From a virus, in IMG/VR virus record IMGVR_UViG_3300002835_006866, positions 31,852-95,851 of that record: a stretch of 64,000 bases of DNA, one strand, 5' to 3'. This document shows, in pieces, positions 19,229 to 29,729 of the stretch. The notes below the pieces were generated by a model. The model was not told where the DNA came from. It did not search any database and saw only the letters and a list, made by a program, of their open reading frames with translations. Within the stretch, counting starts at the first letter, position 1. Each line of letters starts with the position of its first letter. Both the position numbers and the translations under genes were made by a program.

Positions 19229-21781
19229 ATGACAAATAATTATTATACAAATGTTTCATGCCTCGGAAGTAATATTCTCTTCCGAGGTGTTAAAGACGGC
19301 CGGCGTGTTAAGTATAAAGTTGCTTACACGCCGACTTTGTTTTTGAAATCAAATAAACCTAGCAAGTATAAATCTCTTGATGGTTTGAGTTTAGAGACAA
19401 TAAAGTTTCAGACCATTCGTGAATCGAGAGACTTTGTTCGTCAGTATAATGACGTTGAAGGATTTAAAATCTTTGGTAATGACCGTTATGAATACGCTTT
19501 CATTGCTGATACATTCAAAGGTGACATTAATTGGAACTTTGATGATCTTTCTATTGCTATAATCGATATTGAAGTTGGATCAGAAAATGGTTTTCCTGAC
19601 CCATACAAAGTCACAGAGCCTATCACTGCCATTGGAATAAAATATATTAATGGAAAAATGATTGTCTATGGTTGTGGTGACTATGACAATCAACGTGATG
19701 ATGTTACCTACATCAAGTGTAAGAGTGAAATCGACCTGTGTAAAAAATTCATCGATGATTGGCAACAAAACTGTCCTGATGCAATCAGTGGATGGAATAT
19801 TCGTTTCTTTGATATTCCATATCTGGTCAATCGAATCAATAACCTTTTGGGTGAAGAAGAAGTAAAGAAACTTTCACCATGGGGTATCATAAACACAAAA
19901 AAGATTACAAAGATTAATCGTGACCTTGATGTTTATGATTTACTTGGTGTTCCAACACTAGATTATATCGAACTGTATAGATGGTACGCTCCGGCTGGTA
20001 AGTCACAAGAATCTTATCGGCTAGATCACATCGCCAGCGTTGAACTGAATGAGAACAAACTTTCATATGACGAATATGAAAACTTACATTCATTATATCG
20101 TTTAAACTTTCAAAAGTTTATTGATTATAACATTAAAGACGTTGAGCTTGTACTGAAGTTGGAAGAAAAACTTAAATTGATTGAATTGGGTTTGACTTTG
20201 GCTTACGATACAAAAACAAACTATGAGGACATTTTCGCACAAACGAGAATGTGGGATTCTTTGATCTATAATTATCTTTTAGACAAAGATATCATTGTTC
20301 CACCAAAAACGGTAAAAAATAAGAGTTCGGCTTTTGAGGGTGCTTATGTGAAAGAACCCCAAGTCGGTGTTCATGAATATGTTGCTTCATTTGACTTGAA
20401 CTCTCTCTATCCACACTTGATGATGATGTACAACATTTCACCAGAAACTCTTATTGATACAGAGGATTACACGGATGAAATGCGTGATATTCTTTCAGCA
20501 GGCGTAAATGTCGAGAAACTATTAATGAGACAGGTTGACACTTCAAAACTCATTGATGCTACAATTACACCAAACGGTCAACTTTTTAGAACTGACTTTC
20601 AAGGTTTTCTTCCTAAGATGTTGGAAGAAATGTATGAAGGTCGTAAAAAATTTAAGAAGATGATGTTGCAGGCGAAACAAGAATATGAAAAAGAAAATGA
20701 CGATGAAAAGAAATATGAAATCGAAAAAAGAATTGCACGATATGATAATCTTCAACTAGCGAAGAAAGTCTCCCTCAATTCTGCTTACGGTGCTCTTGGT
20801 AGTCAATACTTCCGTTTTTATGATTTGAGAATGGCACTTGGCGTTACTACAGCGGGCCAATTATCCATTCGTTGGATTGAAAATAAACTAAATGAATATT
20901 TAAATAAGTTATTAAGTACAAATAATGAAGATTACGTTATCGCCTCAGACACAGATTCGATTTATCTTAATCTTGGTCCGCTTGTTAAAAAGGTGTATGT
21001 TGCGGGAGAAAAAGTTCCTTCATCTAGAATCAAGATCATCGAGTTCATGGATAAAGTCTGCGAGCAGAAGATACAACCGTTCATTGATGAAAGTTACAAG
21101 GATCTTGCTACGTATGTTCGTGCATACGCCCAAAAAATGCAAATGAAACGTGAAGCATTATCTGATCGTGGCATTTGGACTGCAAAGAAAAGATATATTC
21201 TAAACGTACACAACAATGAAGGTGTTCAATATAAAGAACCTCAAATGAAAGTTATGGGTATGGAGATGGTTAAATCTTCAACGCCTGCTGCTATTCGGGA
21301 AAAAATGAAACAGGCTATTCACATTATGTTGAATGGTAAAGAAGGTGATATTCATGACTTCATTGAAGAATTTAGAGAGAAGTTTAAACAATTGCCTCCT
21401 GAAGAAGTATCTTTTCCCAGAGGATTGAATGGTTTGAAAGATTATTCTGATACCGCTACTCTATATAAAAAAGGGACACCGATTCATGTCAAGGGTGCTT
21501 TACTATACAACAATCGGTTGGAATCTTTGAAGTTAGATAAAAAATATCCAAGGATTCAAGAAGGTGAGAAAATTAAATTTACTTACCTAAAACAACCGAA
21601 TCCTTTAAAAGATATGGTCATTTCTTATCCAACGAGATTGCCACCAGAGTTTGGTCTCCATGATTTTGTTGATTATGATACGCAGTTTGAAAAGTCATTT
21701 TTGGAACCAATTAAAGTGATTCTCGACTGTATGGGATGGACAACAGAAAAAACCAATTCATTAGACAGCTTTTTCTCATGA
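19229..21781 (+). CDS. g43: family B DNA polymerase gp43
   Basis: Exonuclease DIE, SFDLNSLYP, KVSLNSAYG, SDTDS; C-terminal clamp peptide SLDSFF. Confidence 0.98.
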   Translation: MTNNYYTNVSCLGSNILFRGVKDGRRVKYKVAYTPTLFLKSNKPSKYKSLDGLSLETIKFQTIRESRDFVRQYNDVEGFKIFGNDRYEYAFIADTFKGDINWNFDDLSIAIIDIEVGSENGFPDPYKVTEPITAIGIKYINGKMIVYGCGDYDNQRDDVTYIKCKSEIDLCKKFIDDWQQNCPDAISGWNIRFFDIPYLVNRINNLLGEEEVKKLSPWGIINTKKITKINRDLDVYDLLGVPTLDYIELYRWYAPAGKSQESYRLDHIASVELNENKLSYDEYENLHSLYRLNFQKFIDYNIKDVELVLKLEEKLKLIELGLTLAYDTKTNYEDIFAQTRMWDSLIYNYLLDKDIIVPPKTVKNKSSAFEGAYVKEPQVGVHEYVASFDLNSLYPHLMMMYNISPETLIDTEDYTDEMRDILSAGVNVEKLLMRQVDTSKLIDATITPNGQLFRTDFQGFLPKMLEEMYEGRKKFKKMMLQAKQEYEKENDDEKKYEIEKRIARYDNLQLAKKVSLNSAYGALGSQYFRFYDLRMALGVTTAGQLSIRWIENKLNEYLNKLLSTNNEDYVIASDTDSIYLNLGPLVKKVYVAGEKVPSSRIKIIEFMDKVCEQKIQPFIDESYKDLATYVRAYAQKMQMKREALSDRGIWTAKKRYILNVHNNEGVQYKEPQMKVMGMEMVKSSTPAAIREKMKQAIHIMLNGKEGDIHDFIEEFREKFKQLPPEEVSFPRGLNGLKDYSDTATLYKKGTPIHVKGALLYNNRLESLKLDKKYPRIQEGEKIKFTYLKQPNPLKDMVISYPTRLPPEFGLHDFVDYDTQFEKSFLEPIKVILDCMGWTTEKTNSLDSFFS

Positions 21782-22686
21782 CACAATTTATATTACCTTT
21801 TTTGACCGCCATTGCTCTTTCGGGCGTGGCGGCTTATTATTCGGTAATAGGACTTGCACAGATATTTCCTGGATCTTATTGGCCGGTTATAATCATGGGC
21901 ACAGTTTTAGAAATAGCAAAATTGGTGACAGTATCATGGTTACATAATCATTGGAAAGAAACATTCTCTGCACTCAAGTTTTATTTTTTGATTGCAGTGA
22001 TATTGCTTATGGCAATTACTTCAATGGGTATTTTTGGTTACCTATCAAAGGCCCATATTGAACACTCATCAAACATATCACCTTTAGCCGCAAAGGTAGA
22101 AATTTATGACAAAAAGATTGAAGCACTCCAAGCGACCATTGAGAGGAATGACAAGAACCTTAGTCAGTATGATGCATCTGTCGATGAAATTATGGGCAGG
22201 TCGAAAGACGAAAGGGGCGCCGAGAGGGCATCACAGATACGCAAGGCCCAACAGAAAGACCGTGAGAGAATCGCTTCTGAAAATGCAAGGCTTCAAAAAG
22301 AAATACAAAACCTCACGGAAGAAAAACTCCCTTTATCCTTGGAAGTTAAGAAGGCTGAATCAGATTTGGGACCTATCAAATACGTGGCAGAAGTAGTATA
22401 TGGTACACAAGACCGTGATTTGATTGATAAAGCAGTTCGACTGGTAATTTTTATTATTATTATCGTGTTTGATCCACTTGCTGTTTTGCTGTTAGTAGCA
22501 TCAAATCAAACTTATAGAAAATATGCAGCTGATAAAGTGGACATTTTACCAGAAATTAAGGCAAGAAAGAGGAAAAAGATTGACAAACAGCCCGCTAATA
22601 GTTTAGACTCTTTTTTTGTTGATACAGAACACGAAGTAATACACAAATCAAAAATTGCCAATTTTGAGGATGATTCAAAACCATGA
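21778..22686 (+). CDS. four-TM coiled-coil membrane protein with C-terminal clamp-binding-like peptide
   Basis: Three N-terminal TM segments, coiled coil, fourth TM, basic tail containing NSLDSFF. Confidence 0.7.
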   Translation: MTQFILPFLTAIALSGVAAYYSVIGLAQIFPGSYWPVIIMGTVLEIAKLVTVSWLHNHWKETFSALKFYFLIAVILLMAITSMGIFGYLSKAHIEHSSNISPLAAKVEIYDKKIEALQATIERNDKNLSQYDASVDEIMGRSKDERGAERASQIRKAQQKDRERIASENARLQKEIQNLTEEKLPLSLEVKKAESDLGPIKYVAEVVYGTQDRDLIDKAVRLVIFIIIIVFDPLAVLLLVASNQTYRKYAADKVDILPEIKARKRKKIDKQPANSLDSFFVDTEHEVIHKSKIANFEDDSKP

Positions 22687-23297
22687 GGGAAGTAATTGAA
22701 CTTTTTCCTGTTCCTCTGTATAGAAATAATATTTTCGTTGATGAGGACACAAGACGCTTTGTAATGAACTGTAAATACGTAAGAAACGATAATGGTTTGT
22801 TCACTGATGCCAAACTTCTCGATCTTCCAGAACTTTCTGATCTCAAACACCTGATTCTCAGAGAAGTTGAATATTATGTATATGATTATTTGAAAGTTGT
22901 AAAAAATGTTGAGGTATACATTACATCATCATGGGCAGTAAAACACCAGAGAGGTGATTGGGCACAACCACATCACCATAGTAATAGTATTTTCAGTGGT
23001 GTTTTATATGTTAATGTCGATGAAAAAAGTGGTAACATAAAGTTTGTTCGTGATTCTAGGGCATATAATGTTTGGCCAATTTCTGTTTGTCCTGATGTTG
23101 AGGAAGAAAACAGAATTAGTTCTGTTGATTGGGTTGTAACGCCAAAAATAAATGACATACTAATTTTTCCATCTCATCTAACACACGAAGTTTCGAGAAA
23201 TATTTCAGGTATCGAAAGATGTGTTATCGCCTTTAATATTTTCTTTAAAGGAACTCTTGGTGATACGGAAACTTTACTGATTCTAAACGGAGAATAA
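22683..23297 (+). CDS. putative 2OG-Fe(II) oxygenase (TIGR02466-like)
   Basis: LFPVPLY, SWAV, HHHSNSIFSGVLY, FPSHLTHEV, IAFN. Confidence 0.8.
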   Translation: MREVIELFPVPLYRNNIFVDEDTRRFVMNCKYVRNDNGLFTDAKLLDLPELSDLKHLILREVEYYVYDYLKVVKNVEVYITSSWAVKHQRGDWAQPHHHSNSIFSGVLYVNVDEKSGNIKFVRDSRAYNVWPISVCPDVEEENRISSVDWVVTPKINDILIFPSHLTHEVSRNISGIERCVIAFNIFFKGTLGDTETLLILNGE

Positions 23298-23298
23298 A

Positions 23299-24360
23299 AT
23301 GAGTTTACTTGAAAAGATTAAAAAGAATTCTACAATCAAAGATAGTTCTATTCTATCTAAATCAAAGTTGTTTACAGAAAAAGATATGATTCCAACTGCC
23401 ATTCCTATGGTGAATGTTGCTTTGTCAGGAAGATTGGATGGTGGTCTTACTCCTGGTTTAACAATGTGGGCAGGTCCCTCTAAACACTTTAAGACAGCCT
23501 TCTCTTTGTTGATGGCTAAGTCCTATATGGACAAGTATGATGAATCTGTTTTGTTGTTTTATGATTCCGAATTTGGAACTCCACAGTCATACTTTGATAC
23601 CTTTGGTATTGACACTGACAGAGTGATTCATTCACCAATTACTGATATTGAACAATTAAAGTTTGATATTATGGCTCAGTTGGAAAATATCAATCGAGGT
23701 GATCGTGTTATCATTGTCATTGATTCGATTGGTAATCTCGCATCAAAGAAAGAAGTTGAAGATGCTCTTGAACAGAAGTCTGTTGCTGATATGTCACGAG
23801 CAAAACAAGTAAAAAGTTTATTCCGCATGATTACACCACATTTAAATCTAAAAGATATTCCTATGGTTGTGGTGAATCACACTTATAAAGAAATCGGAAT
23901 GTTTCCTAAAGATATCGTTGGTGGTGGAACAGGTTCTTACTATTCTGCTGACAATATCTTCATTTTAGGTCGTCAACAAGAAAAAGAAGGATCAGAAATT
24001 GTTGGATACAATTTCATCATTAACGTAGAGAAATCAAGATATGTTCGAGAAAAATCTAAAATACCTGTTACTGTATCTTTTGATGGTGGTATTAACAAGT
24101 GGTCTGGCCTTATGGATATCGCTCTCGAAGGCAATTTTGTAACCAAACCAAGTAATGGTTGGTATGCTAAAGTTGACCAGGAGACTGGTGAAGTCTTAGA
24201 TAAGAAACGCTTTGCTGATACACAAACAGAAGAATTTTGGAGAGATATTTTAGAAAATAATTCATTCAAAGACTATGTGAAGAAAAGATATGAAATCACT
24301 TATAGCAGTATTATGGGACAAGATGACATTTTGGAAGAAGTCGAAGAAAATGAAGCTTGA
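23299..24360 (+). CDS. uvsX: RecA-like recombinase UvsX
   Basis: AGPSKHFKT, YDSEFG, DSIGNLASKKE, GGGTG. Confidence 0.96.
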   Translation: MSLLEKIKKNSTIKDSSILSKSKLFTEKDMIPTAIPMVNVALSGRLDGGLTPGLTMWAGPSKHFKTAFSLLMAKSYMDKYDESVLLFYDSEFGTPQSYFDTFGIDTDRVIHSPITDIEQLKFDIMAQLENINRGDRVIIVIDSIGNLASKKEVEDALEQKSVADMSRAKQVKSLFRMITPHLNLKDIPMVVVNHTYKEIGMFPKDIVGGGTGSYYSADNIFILGRQQEKEGSEIVGYNFIINVEKSRYVREKSKIPVTVSFDGGINKWSGLMDIALEGNFVTKPSNGWYAKVDQETGEVLDKKRFADTQTEEFWRDILENNSFKDYVKKRYEITYSSIMGQDDILEEVEENEA

Positions 24361-24667
24361 AGAAGATATTGATTATAAATTCATAAACTTCAGTCATACC
24401 GAAGTTATTGGTATAGAGTTGTTAATGGAAGAATATCAAGGTACAATGTACCATTACCATAAAGTTGGTGCAGTTGAAGATGAAGGTGTAGCTAAACTTA
24501 GATTCAGTTATGTCATCATCACTCCTGGAAAACATGAGATGCAGGCCTTGTTAGAAGATGAAAATTTTCATACAATAATGGGGGATATTCTCAGTAAAAT
24601 TATTTTGGATTATAAACAACATGAATCGACTGGAACAAACGATACTGAAGAATTTGATATACAATGA
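24350..24667 (+). CDS. hypothetical protein at the gp40 position
   Basis: Small acidic ORF between uvsX and g41, where T4 has gene 40. Confidence 0.55.
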   Translation: MKLEEDIDYKFINFSHTEVIGIELLMEEYQGTMYHYHKVGAVEDEGVAKLRFSYVIITPGKHEMQALLEDENFHTIMGDILSKIILDYKQHESTGTNDTEEFDIQ

Positions 24668-26024
24668 GGCCTATACCAGAAAAGTATTACCATTCATAAG
24701 ATCAGATTATTTTTCAGACAACACAGAAAAAATTGTATTCAAAGAAGTTTTTGATTTTGTAAACAAGTATAAAAATCTTCCAACATACGAATCCCTTGTA
24801 ATCAATTTTACCGAAAGTAAAACTCTTACTGGCGACCAGGTCAAAGGATCAATAGACTTACTAAAAGAACTCCACTCTAATCGAGAAGAAAAAGTCGAAG
24901 AAAAATGGCTTATTGAACAAACTGAAAAATTTTGTCAAGATAAAGCCATTTACAATGCTATCATGGAATCTGTCCAGATTCTTGATGATAGAAACAAAGG
25001 TAAAACAAAAGGAGAAATTCCAAAACTTCTGAGTGATGCCCTTGGCGTTTCTTTTGACCAACACATCGGTCATGATTACATGAATGACTACGATTCACGA
25101 TATGATTTTTATCATAAAGTAGAAGCTAAAGTTCCATTCGATCTCGATATATTCAATAAAATTACAAAGGGTGGCTTACCGGTCAAAACTTTGAACATTG
25201 CTTTGGCTGGCACAGGCGTTGGTAAATCTTTATTCATGTGTCATGTGGCCGCATCTTGTTTATCTCAGGGTAAAAATGTTTTATATATTACTCTTGAAAT
25301 GGCCGAAGAAAGAATTGCTGAAAGAATTGATGCAAATCTTTTAAATATTGATTTGAATGAACTGAGAACAATCAGTAAAACAGACTACGACAAAAAGTTT
25401 CAAGTATTAAGAAACAAGGCAAATGGCAAATTAATCATCAAAGAATATCCAACTGCTTCTGCCTCTGCTCTACATTTCAGGGCTTTGCTTAATGAATTGG
25501 CTCTGAAAAAGAATTTTACTCCAGAAATTATCTTCATTGATTATTTGAACATCTGTTCATCTTCTAGAATAAAACCTGGCGGAAGTGTAAACTCTTACAC
25601 ATATGTAAAATCTATTGCTGAAGAGCTTCGTGGCTTGGCAGTTGAATTCAATGTGCCAATTGTATCTGCAACACAAACCACAAGAAGTGGTTTTACAAAC
25701 TCTGATCCAGGTCTTGAAGATACTTCAGAATCTTTTGGTTTGCCTGCAACTGCTGACTTTATGTTTGCTTTGATTACAAATGAAGAGTTGCAACAATTGA
25801 ATCAAATTATGGTAAAACAATTGAAAAATCGTTATTCTGACCCAAATGATTATAAAAGATTTGTTGTGGGGGTTGACAGGGCTAAAATGAGACTGTATGA
25901 TACGGAGCCTGATGCACAAAATGGAATTACAGATTCGGGGCAACCTGATGATACGCCTCCGTTGAATACATTTGGTAATCGTGAACGTAAATTTAATAAA
26001 AATTTTGGTGGTCTAAAAGTATGA
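24621..26024 (+). CDS. g41: replicative helicase gp41
   Basis: AGTGVGKS, ITLEMAE, IDYLN, SATQTTR, ESFGLPATAD. Confidence 0.96.
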   Translation: MNRLEQTILKNLIYNEAYTRKVLPFIRSDYFSDNTEKIVFKEVFDFVNKYKNLPTYESLVINFTESKTLTGDQVKGSIDLLKELHSNREEKVEEKWLIEQTEKFCQDKAIYNAIMESVQILDDRNKGKTKGEIPKLLSDALGVSFDQHIGHDYMNDYDSRYDFYHKVEAKVPFDLDIFNKITKGGLPVKTLNIALAGTGVGKSLFMCHVAASCLSQGKNVLYITLEMAEERIAERIDANLLNIDLNELRTISKTDYDKKFQVLRNKANGKLIIKEYPTASASALHFRALLNELALKKNFTPEIIFIDYLNICSSSRIKPGGSVNSYTYVKSIAEELRGLAVEFNVPIVSATQTTRSGFTNSDPGLEDTSESFGLPATADFMFALITNEELQQLNQIMVKQLKNRYSDPNDYKRFVVGVDRAKMRLYDTEPDAQNGITDSGQPDDTPPLNTFGNRERKFNKNFGGLKV

Positions 26025-27136
26025 GTTTGACTAAGGAACAGGCAGTTTACTGTGCAAATGTTTTTTCAAACTATTTCGATAAGTTTTCGAGAATAGATGA
26101 GTACATGAGAGAACAGAAAAAGGCTTCTATGGCAGAGAGGCCTTTTGTTTTGCCTGGTATGGGACCAGAAGAAGATTTGTTTTCCGATTTTTCTGTTTCG
26201 CCAGAGAAAATGAATTTCGAAATTGTAGAACTGCCTCAAGAGAGATGGGACATTTATTTGAATATGATTTCTTCACATTCAAACATGACCAATATTCCCG
26301 GTCGATCCCTCAGATTGGCAGTCTTAGAAACTACAACGAACAAGTGGTGTGGTTTTATTCGTCTTGGTTCTCCTGTAATTAACTGTAAACCAAGAAATGA
26401 GATGTTGGGTCAAGTGTTCACACAAGTCGATGGTGGTGCTCAAAGATTCAATCAATGTGCTATGATGGGTTTTGTGATTGTACCCGCACAGCCTTTTGGA
26501 TTTAATTATCTTGGTGGTAAATTGATGGCATCTATTTGCACGACACATGAAGTTCGTGAAATGCTAAATAAAAAATACAATATGACCACATGTTTGTTTG
26601 AAACGACTAGTCTGTATGGTTCTACTAAGGCCGTATCACAGTATGATGGCATGAAACCTTATATTCGTTATAAAGGTTTGACCGACAGTGATTTTCTTCC
26701 CATGTTACATGGTAAAACTTATACAGACCTAAAAGAGTATATTGAAAATATAATTGGTGAGCCATTGGCACCAGAAAGTGCCTCTAGTAGAAAACTGAAA
26801 ATATCTAATGCAATCGTTTCACATATCAATGTTGCTCTGAAGGGAACACCAGAGGGTGCTAAGTTTAAACAGACGATTGAAAATGCCAAAAATCTAAACG
26901 AACAAAAGAGATATTATGTTTCAGATTATGGATTCAGTAACATGATTGACTTTGTGAATGGTAAATCGAATACCTTGACTAAAGGTGAAAACTATGATAA
27001 ATTCTATCTGAAGAATGTGATTGAATGGTGGAGAAAAAAGGCCACGACAAGATACGAAAATCTCAAAACGGAGAATCGTCTGAGAAATGATATTGAAGTC
27101 TGGACTGGCGACACTGAACTAGACATTATACGATAG
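26021..27136 (+). CDS. DUF4338 / Druantia DruA-like protein (paralogue 2)
   Basis: PGRSLRL, IVPAQPFGFNYLGGKLMA, ETTSLYG, SQYD. Confidence 0.65.
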   Translation: MSLTKEQAVYCANVFSNYFDKFSRIDEYMREQKKASMAERPFVLPGMGPEEDLFSDFSVSPEKMNFEIVELPQERWDIYLNMISSHSNMTNIPGRSLRLAVLETTTNKWCGFIRLGSPVINCKPRNEMLGQVFTQVDGGAQRFNQCAMMGFVIVPAQPFGFNYLGGKLMASICTTHEVREMLNKKYNMTTCLFETTSLYGSTKAVSQYDGMKPYIRYKGLTDSDFLPMLHGKTYTDLKEYIENIIGEPLAPESASSRKLKISNAIVSHINVALKGTPEGAKFKQTIENAKNLNEQKRYYVSDYGFSNMIDFVNGKSNTLTKGENYDKFYLKNVIEWWRKKATTRYENLKTENRLRNDIEVWTGDTELDIIR

Positions 27137-27137
27137 G

Positions 27138-27145
27138 CATAAATA
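27138..27145 (+). promoter_or_regulatory. T4-type late promoter
   Basis: CATAAATA in the intergenic gap (T4 consensus TATAAATA). Confidence 0.65.
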
Positions 27146-27168
27146 CATAAAACTCTTTAGGAGACTTC

Positions 27169-27897
27169 ATGAGTGTTGCTTCAGATAAATTCGAACAAGA
27201 TGTAGCAAAGTCTATCAATAAACTTCCGGGAATAAAAGCCACTAGGCCAAAAGTAAGTACAGAATACTCGGATGTAAAAGTTGAATATAAAAACATAAAA
27301 ACTTGGGTGGAAGTTAAAATGTCACATACTGACAATCTTTCTAACCCAAGAGTTTATTATGAGGGTGGTAAATGGAAAACTACGTATAAAACACCCACAG
27401 CCAAAGCTGCTGTAGATATCTTAAATAAGTCTGCACAGGCCAAGGCCTTTATAAAAGCTATTTCTAAATTTTCTGGCATTCCGGAAAAACAGATAAAAAT
27501 TCCAACTACAAAATCCGGACTCAAAGAGCCTGGTGCTGTACCACTTCATGTTATGAAGTCTTATTTTGATCAGCCAAGTATTAACCGTTATATTGCTAAT
27601 GATGAAAATAGAGACTTAGGACAATTGGTGACGGAGCATTACACAGAAGGTAAAGCTGAGCCTGCATACTACATGCAAGCAGGAGATGATTTCTATTTAA
27701 TCTCAAAAACAAATCCTCTGAAGTTAACGGGTGTTCCTCTTTTAAGTGGTTCTGGTGATTTTAAAGTTCGTGTAGCGACCCGCTCTGAGTTTTATGAAGT
27801 TCAAGCAGAAATTAAAATTAAAAAAATGCCAAACAGTAAATACTCTGTAGCACCAGGCACAAAGAAAACAAATCCATTCATGAACATGAAAAAATGA
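27169..27897 (+). CDS. hypothetical protein, PD-(D/E)XK nuclease-like
   Basis: FEQDV...YSDVKV...WVEVKM. Confidence 0.5.
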   Translation: MSVASDKFEQDVAKSINKLPGIKATRPKVSTEYSDVKVEYKNIKTWVEVKMSHTDNLSNPRVYYEGGKWKTTYKTPTAKAAVDILNKSAQAKAFIKAISKFSGIPEKQIKIPTTKSGLKEPGAVPLHVMKSYFDQPSINRYIANDENRDLGQLVTEHYTEGKAEPAYYMQAGDDFYLISKTNPLKLTGVPLLSGSGDFKVRVATRSEFYEVQAEIKIKKMPNSKYSVAPGTKKTNPFMNMKK

Positions 27898-29123
27898 AAT
27901 TCACAGAATTTTTAAAAGAAGGAAAAGAAGGTAAAAACCTGCATCTGGAACATCTCGAAGATGAGGTTCTCAATGGCGGTGTTGTTGGTGCCAGAAGTGC
28001 TATAAACTTTCTACAATCTCTACGTGACATGTTAGCAGGAAAATCCTCAACTAAAATAAATGTCACAACAAAATGGGATGGATCACCAGCCATATTTGCA
28101 GGAGTTAATCCCGAAAATGGTAAATTTTTTGTTGGCACAAAAGGTGTGTTTGCTAAAAACGCCAAACTAAACTACACTGAAGAAGATATCGATAACAACC
28201 ATCCTGCTGAAGGATTGAATCATAAACTCAAAGTTGCTTTAAGATATTTACCCAAACTAGGAATAAAAGGTGTTCTTCAAGGTGATATGCTTTTCACCAA
28301 AGGTGACATAAAGAAACAAAATATTGATGGCATGCAATATGCTATTTTTCAGCCAAATACAATTGTTTATGCAGTACCTTTCGATTCACCTTTGGCTTTT
28401 AAAATGATGACAGCACAATTAGGAGTTGTCTTTCATACTTCATACACTGGTAAAACCATGGAAGATATGAAGGCATCTTTTAACATTGATATTGGTCATC
28501 TAACGCATACAAAAGATGTTTGGTTCAGAGATGCTACATTTACTGATGCATCTGGTATGGCATCTTTTACCGAAAAAGAAACTGAAGATTTAACAAAAAT
28601 ATTATCTTCAGCAGGCAAAACATTTAACACAATAAATTCTTTGACATTAAATCGAATTGCTACAAGTGATGTGTTTAAAAATTACATCAAAACATTTAAT
28701 AATGCAAAGATAAGAGCCGGTTCACAAATCAAAGACCCGAGAGCTCATACTTTAGAGTTAATTCGTTATGTAGAAGATAAATTAAACAAAGAAGTTTTAT
28801 CTGCAAAAAAAGAAGATACACGAAAGAAAAGAATCAAAGAAAAAACGGATGTCATGAGATTTTTCAGAGGTTCTGCTTCCGATTTAATTCAGATATTTAC
28901 ACTAATGAATCTTTTAGTTGACTCTAAAAATAGAATCATTAAAAAACTTCAAGAGATGAAACAAGTAACACACACTTTCTTGAGAACAGAAAATGGTTTT
29001 AAAGTAACCGATCCAGAAGGATTTGTTGCTGTATCAACAATAACTGGTGGTGCTGTTAAACTTGTCGATAGACTAGAGTTTAGTCAGGCCAATTTTAATG
29101 CAGCAAAGGCATGGGACAAATAA
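27894..29123 (+). CDS. DUF6267-like protein with ligase-type nucleotidyltransferase motifs and a capsid-targeting-like N-terminus
   Basis: MKFTEFLKE; TKWDGSP, LQGD, EGFV, VKLVDR. Confidence 0.6.
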   Translation: MKFTEFLKEGKEGKNLHLEHLEDEVLNGGVVGARSAINFLQSLRDMLAGKSSTKINVTTKWDGSPAIFAGVNPENGKFFVGTKGVFAKNAKLNYTEEDIDNNHPAEGLNHKLKVALRYLPKLGIKGVLQGDMLFTKGDIKKQNIDGMQYAIFQPNTIVYAVPFDSPLAFKMMTAQLGVVFHTSYTGKTMEDMKASFNIDIGHLTHTKDVWFRDATFTDASGMASFTEKETEDLTKILSSAGKTFNTINSLTLNRIATSDVFKNYIKTFNNAKIRAGSQIKDPRAHTLELIRYVEDKLNKEVLSAKKEDTRKKRIKEKTDVMRFFRGSASDLIQIFTLMNLLVDSKNRIIKKLQEMKQVTHTFLRTENGFKVTDPEGFVAVSTITGGAVKLVDRLEFSQANFNAAKAWDK

Positions 29124-29402
29124 ATGGAAAAGAAATTTGATCTAACGGCCATCTTGGCTGAATACGACGAAGATGATTTTGGTTTTACCGCCATCGACGA
29201 AGAAGAGTATACTTCAGTAATTGCGGAAAAAGAAGAGACTGTGGAAGAATACAAAGAAAGACTAGTACAAGTTGAAAAACTTATTCTTCCGTTTTTAACC
29301 AAACTTCTCAAAACTGCGGATCAGCCAATCATCAAATGGCCAAACAGAAGGCCAATTCTTGAAGCACAGATTCAGAAGATTCTAAATTTGACAAGAGGTT
29401 AA
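29124..29402 (+). CDS. hypothetical protein
   Basis: DDFGFTA...IKWPNR, typical of T4-like hypotheticals. Confidence 0.65.
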   Translation: MEKKFDLTAILAEYDEDDFGFTAIDEEEYTSVIAEKEETVEEYKERLVQVEKLILPFLTKLLKTADQPIIKWPNRRPILEAQIQKILNLTRG

Positions 29403-29404
29403 AA

Positions 29405-29728
29405 TTGGTAGAAATAACTTCTGGTGCTGCGAAAAAAATTAAATCTGTAATCGACGAAGAAAATCCAGATTTAAAGTTAAGAATATTTGTTCAGGGTGGA
29501 GGCTGCTCAGGATTTCAGTATGGGTTTTCAATAGAAGAATTACCCCCAGAACATGATGACTTTGTATTTGAAAAAGATGGTGTTGGTGTTATCATAGATA
29601 GTATGAGTATGCAGTATTTGAATGAAGCTGTAATCGATTATGAAGAAACGCTTATGGGATCCAATTTTAGTATTAAAAATCCTAACGTAACCGCAACTTG
29701 TGGTTGTGGTTCTTCATTTACAATCTAA
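29405..29728 (+). CDS. erpA: iron-sulfur cluster insertion protein (ErpA/IscA, HesB family)
   Basis: [31 protein letters not shown]. Confidence 0.93.
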   Translation: MVEITSGAAKKIKSVIDEENPDLKLRIFVQGGGCSGFQYGFSIEELPPEHDDFVFEKDGVGVIIDSMSMQYLNEAVIDYEETLMGSNFSIKNPNVTATCGCGSSFTI

Positions 29729-29729
29729 C

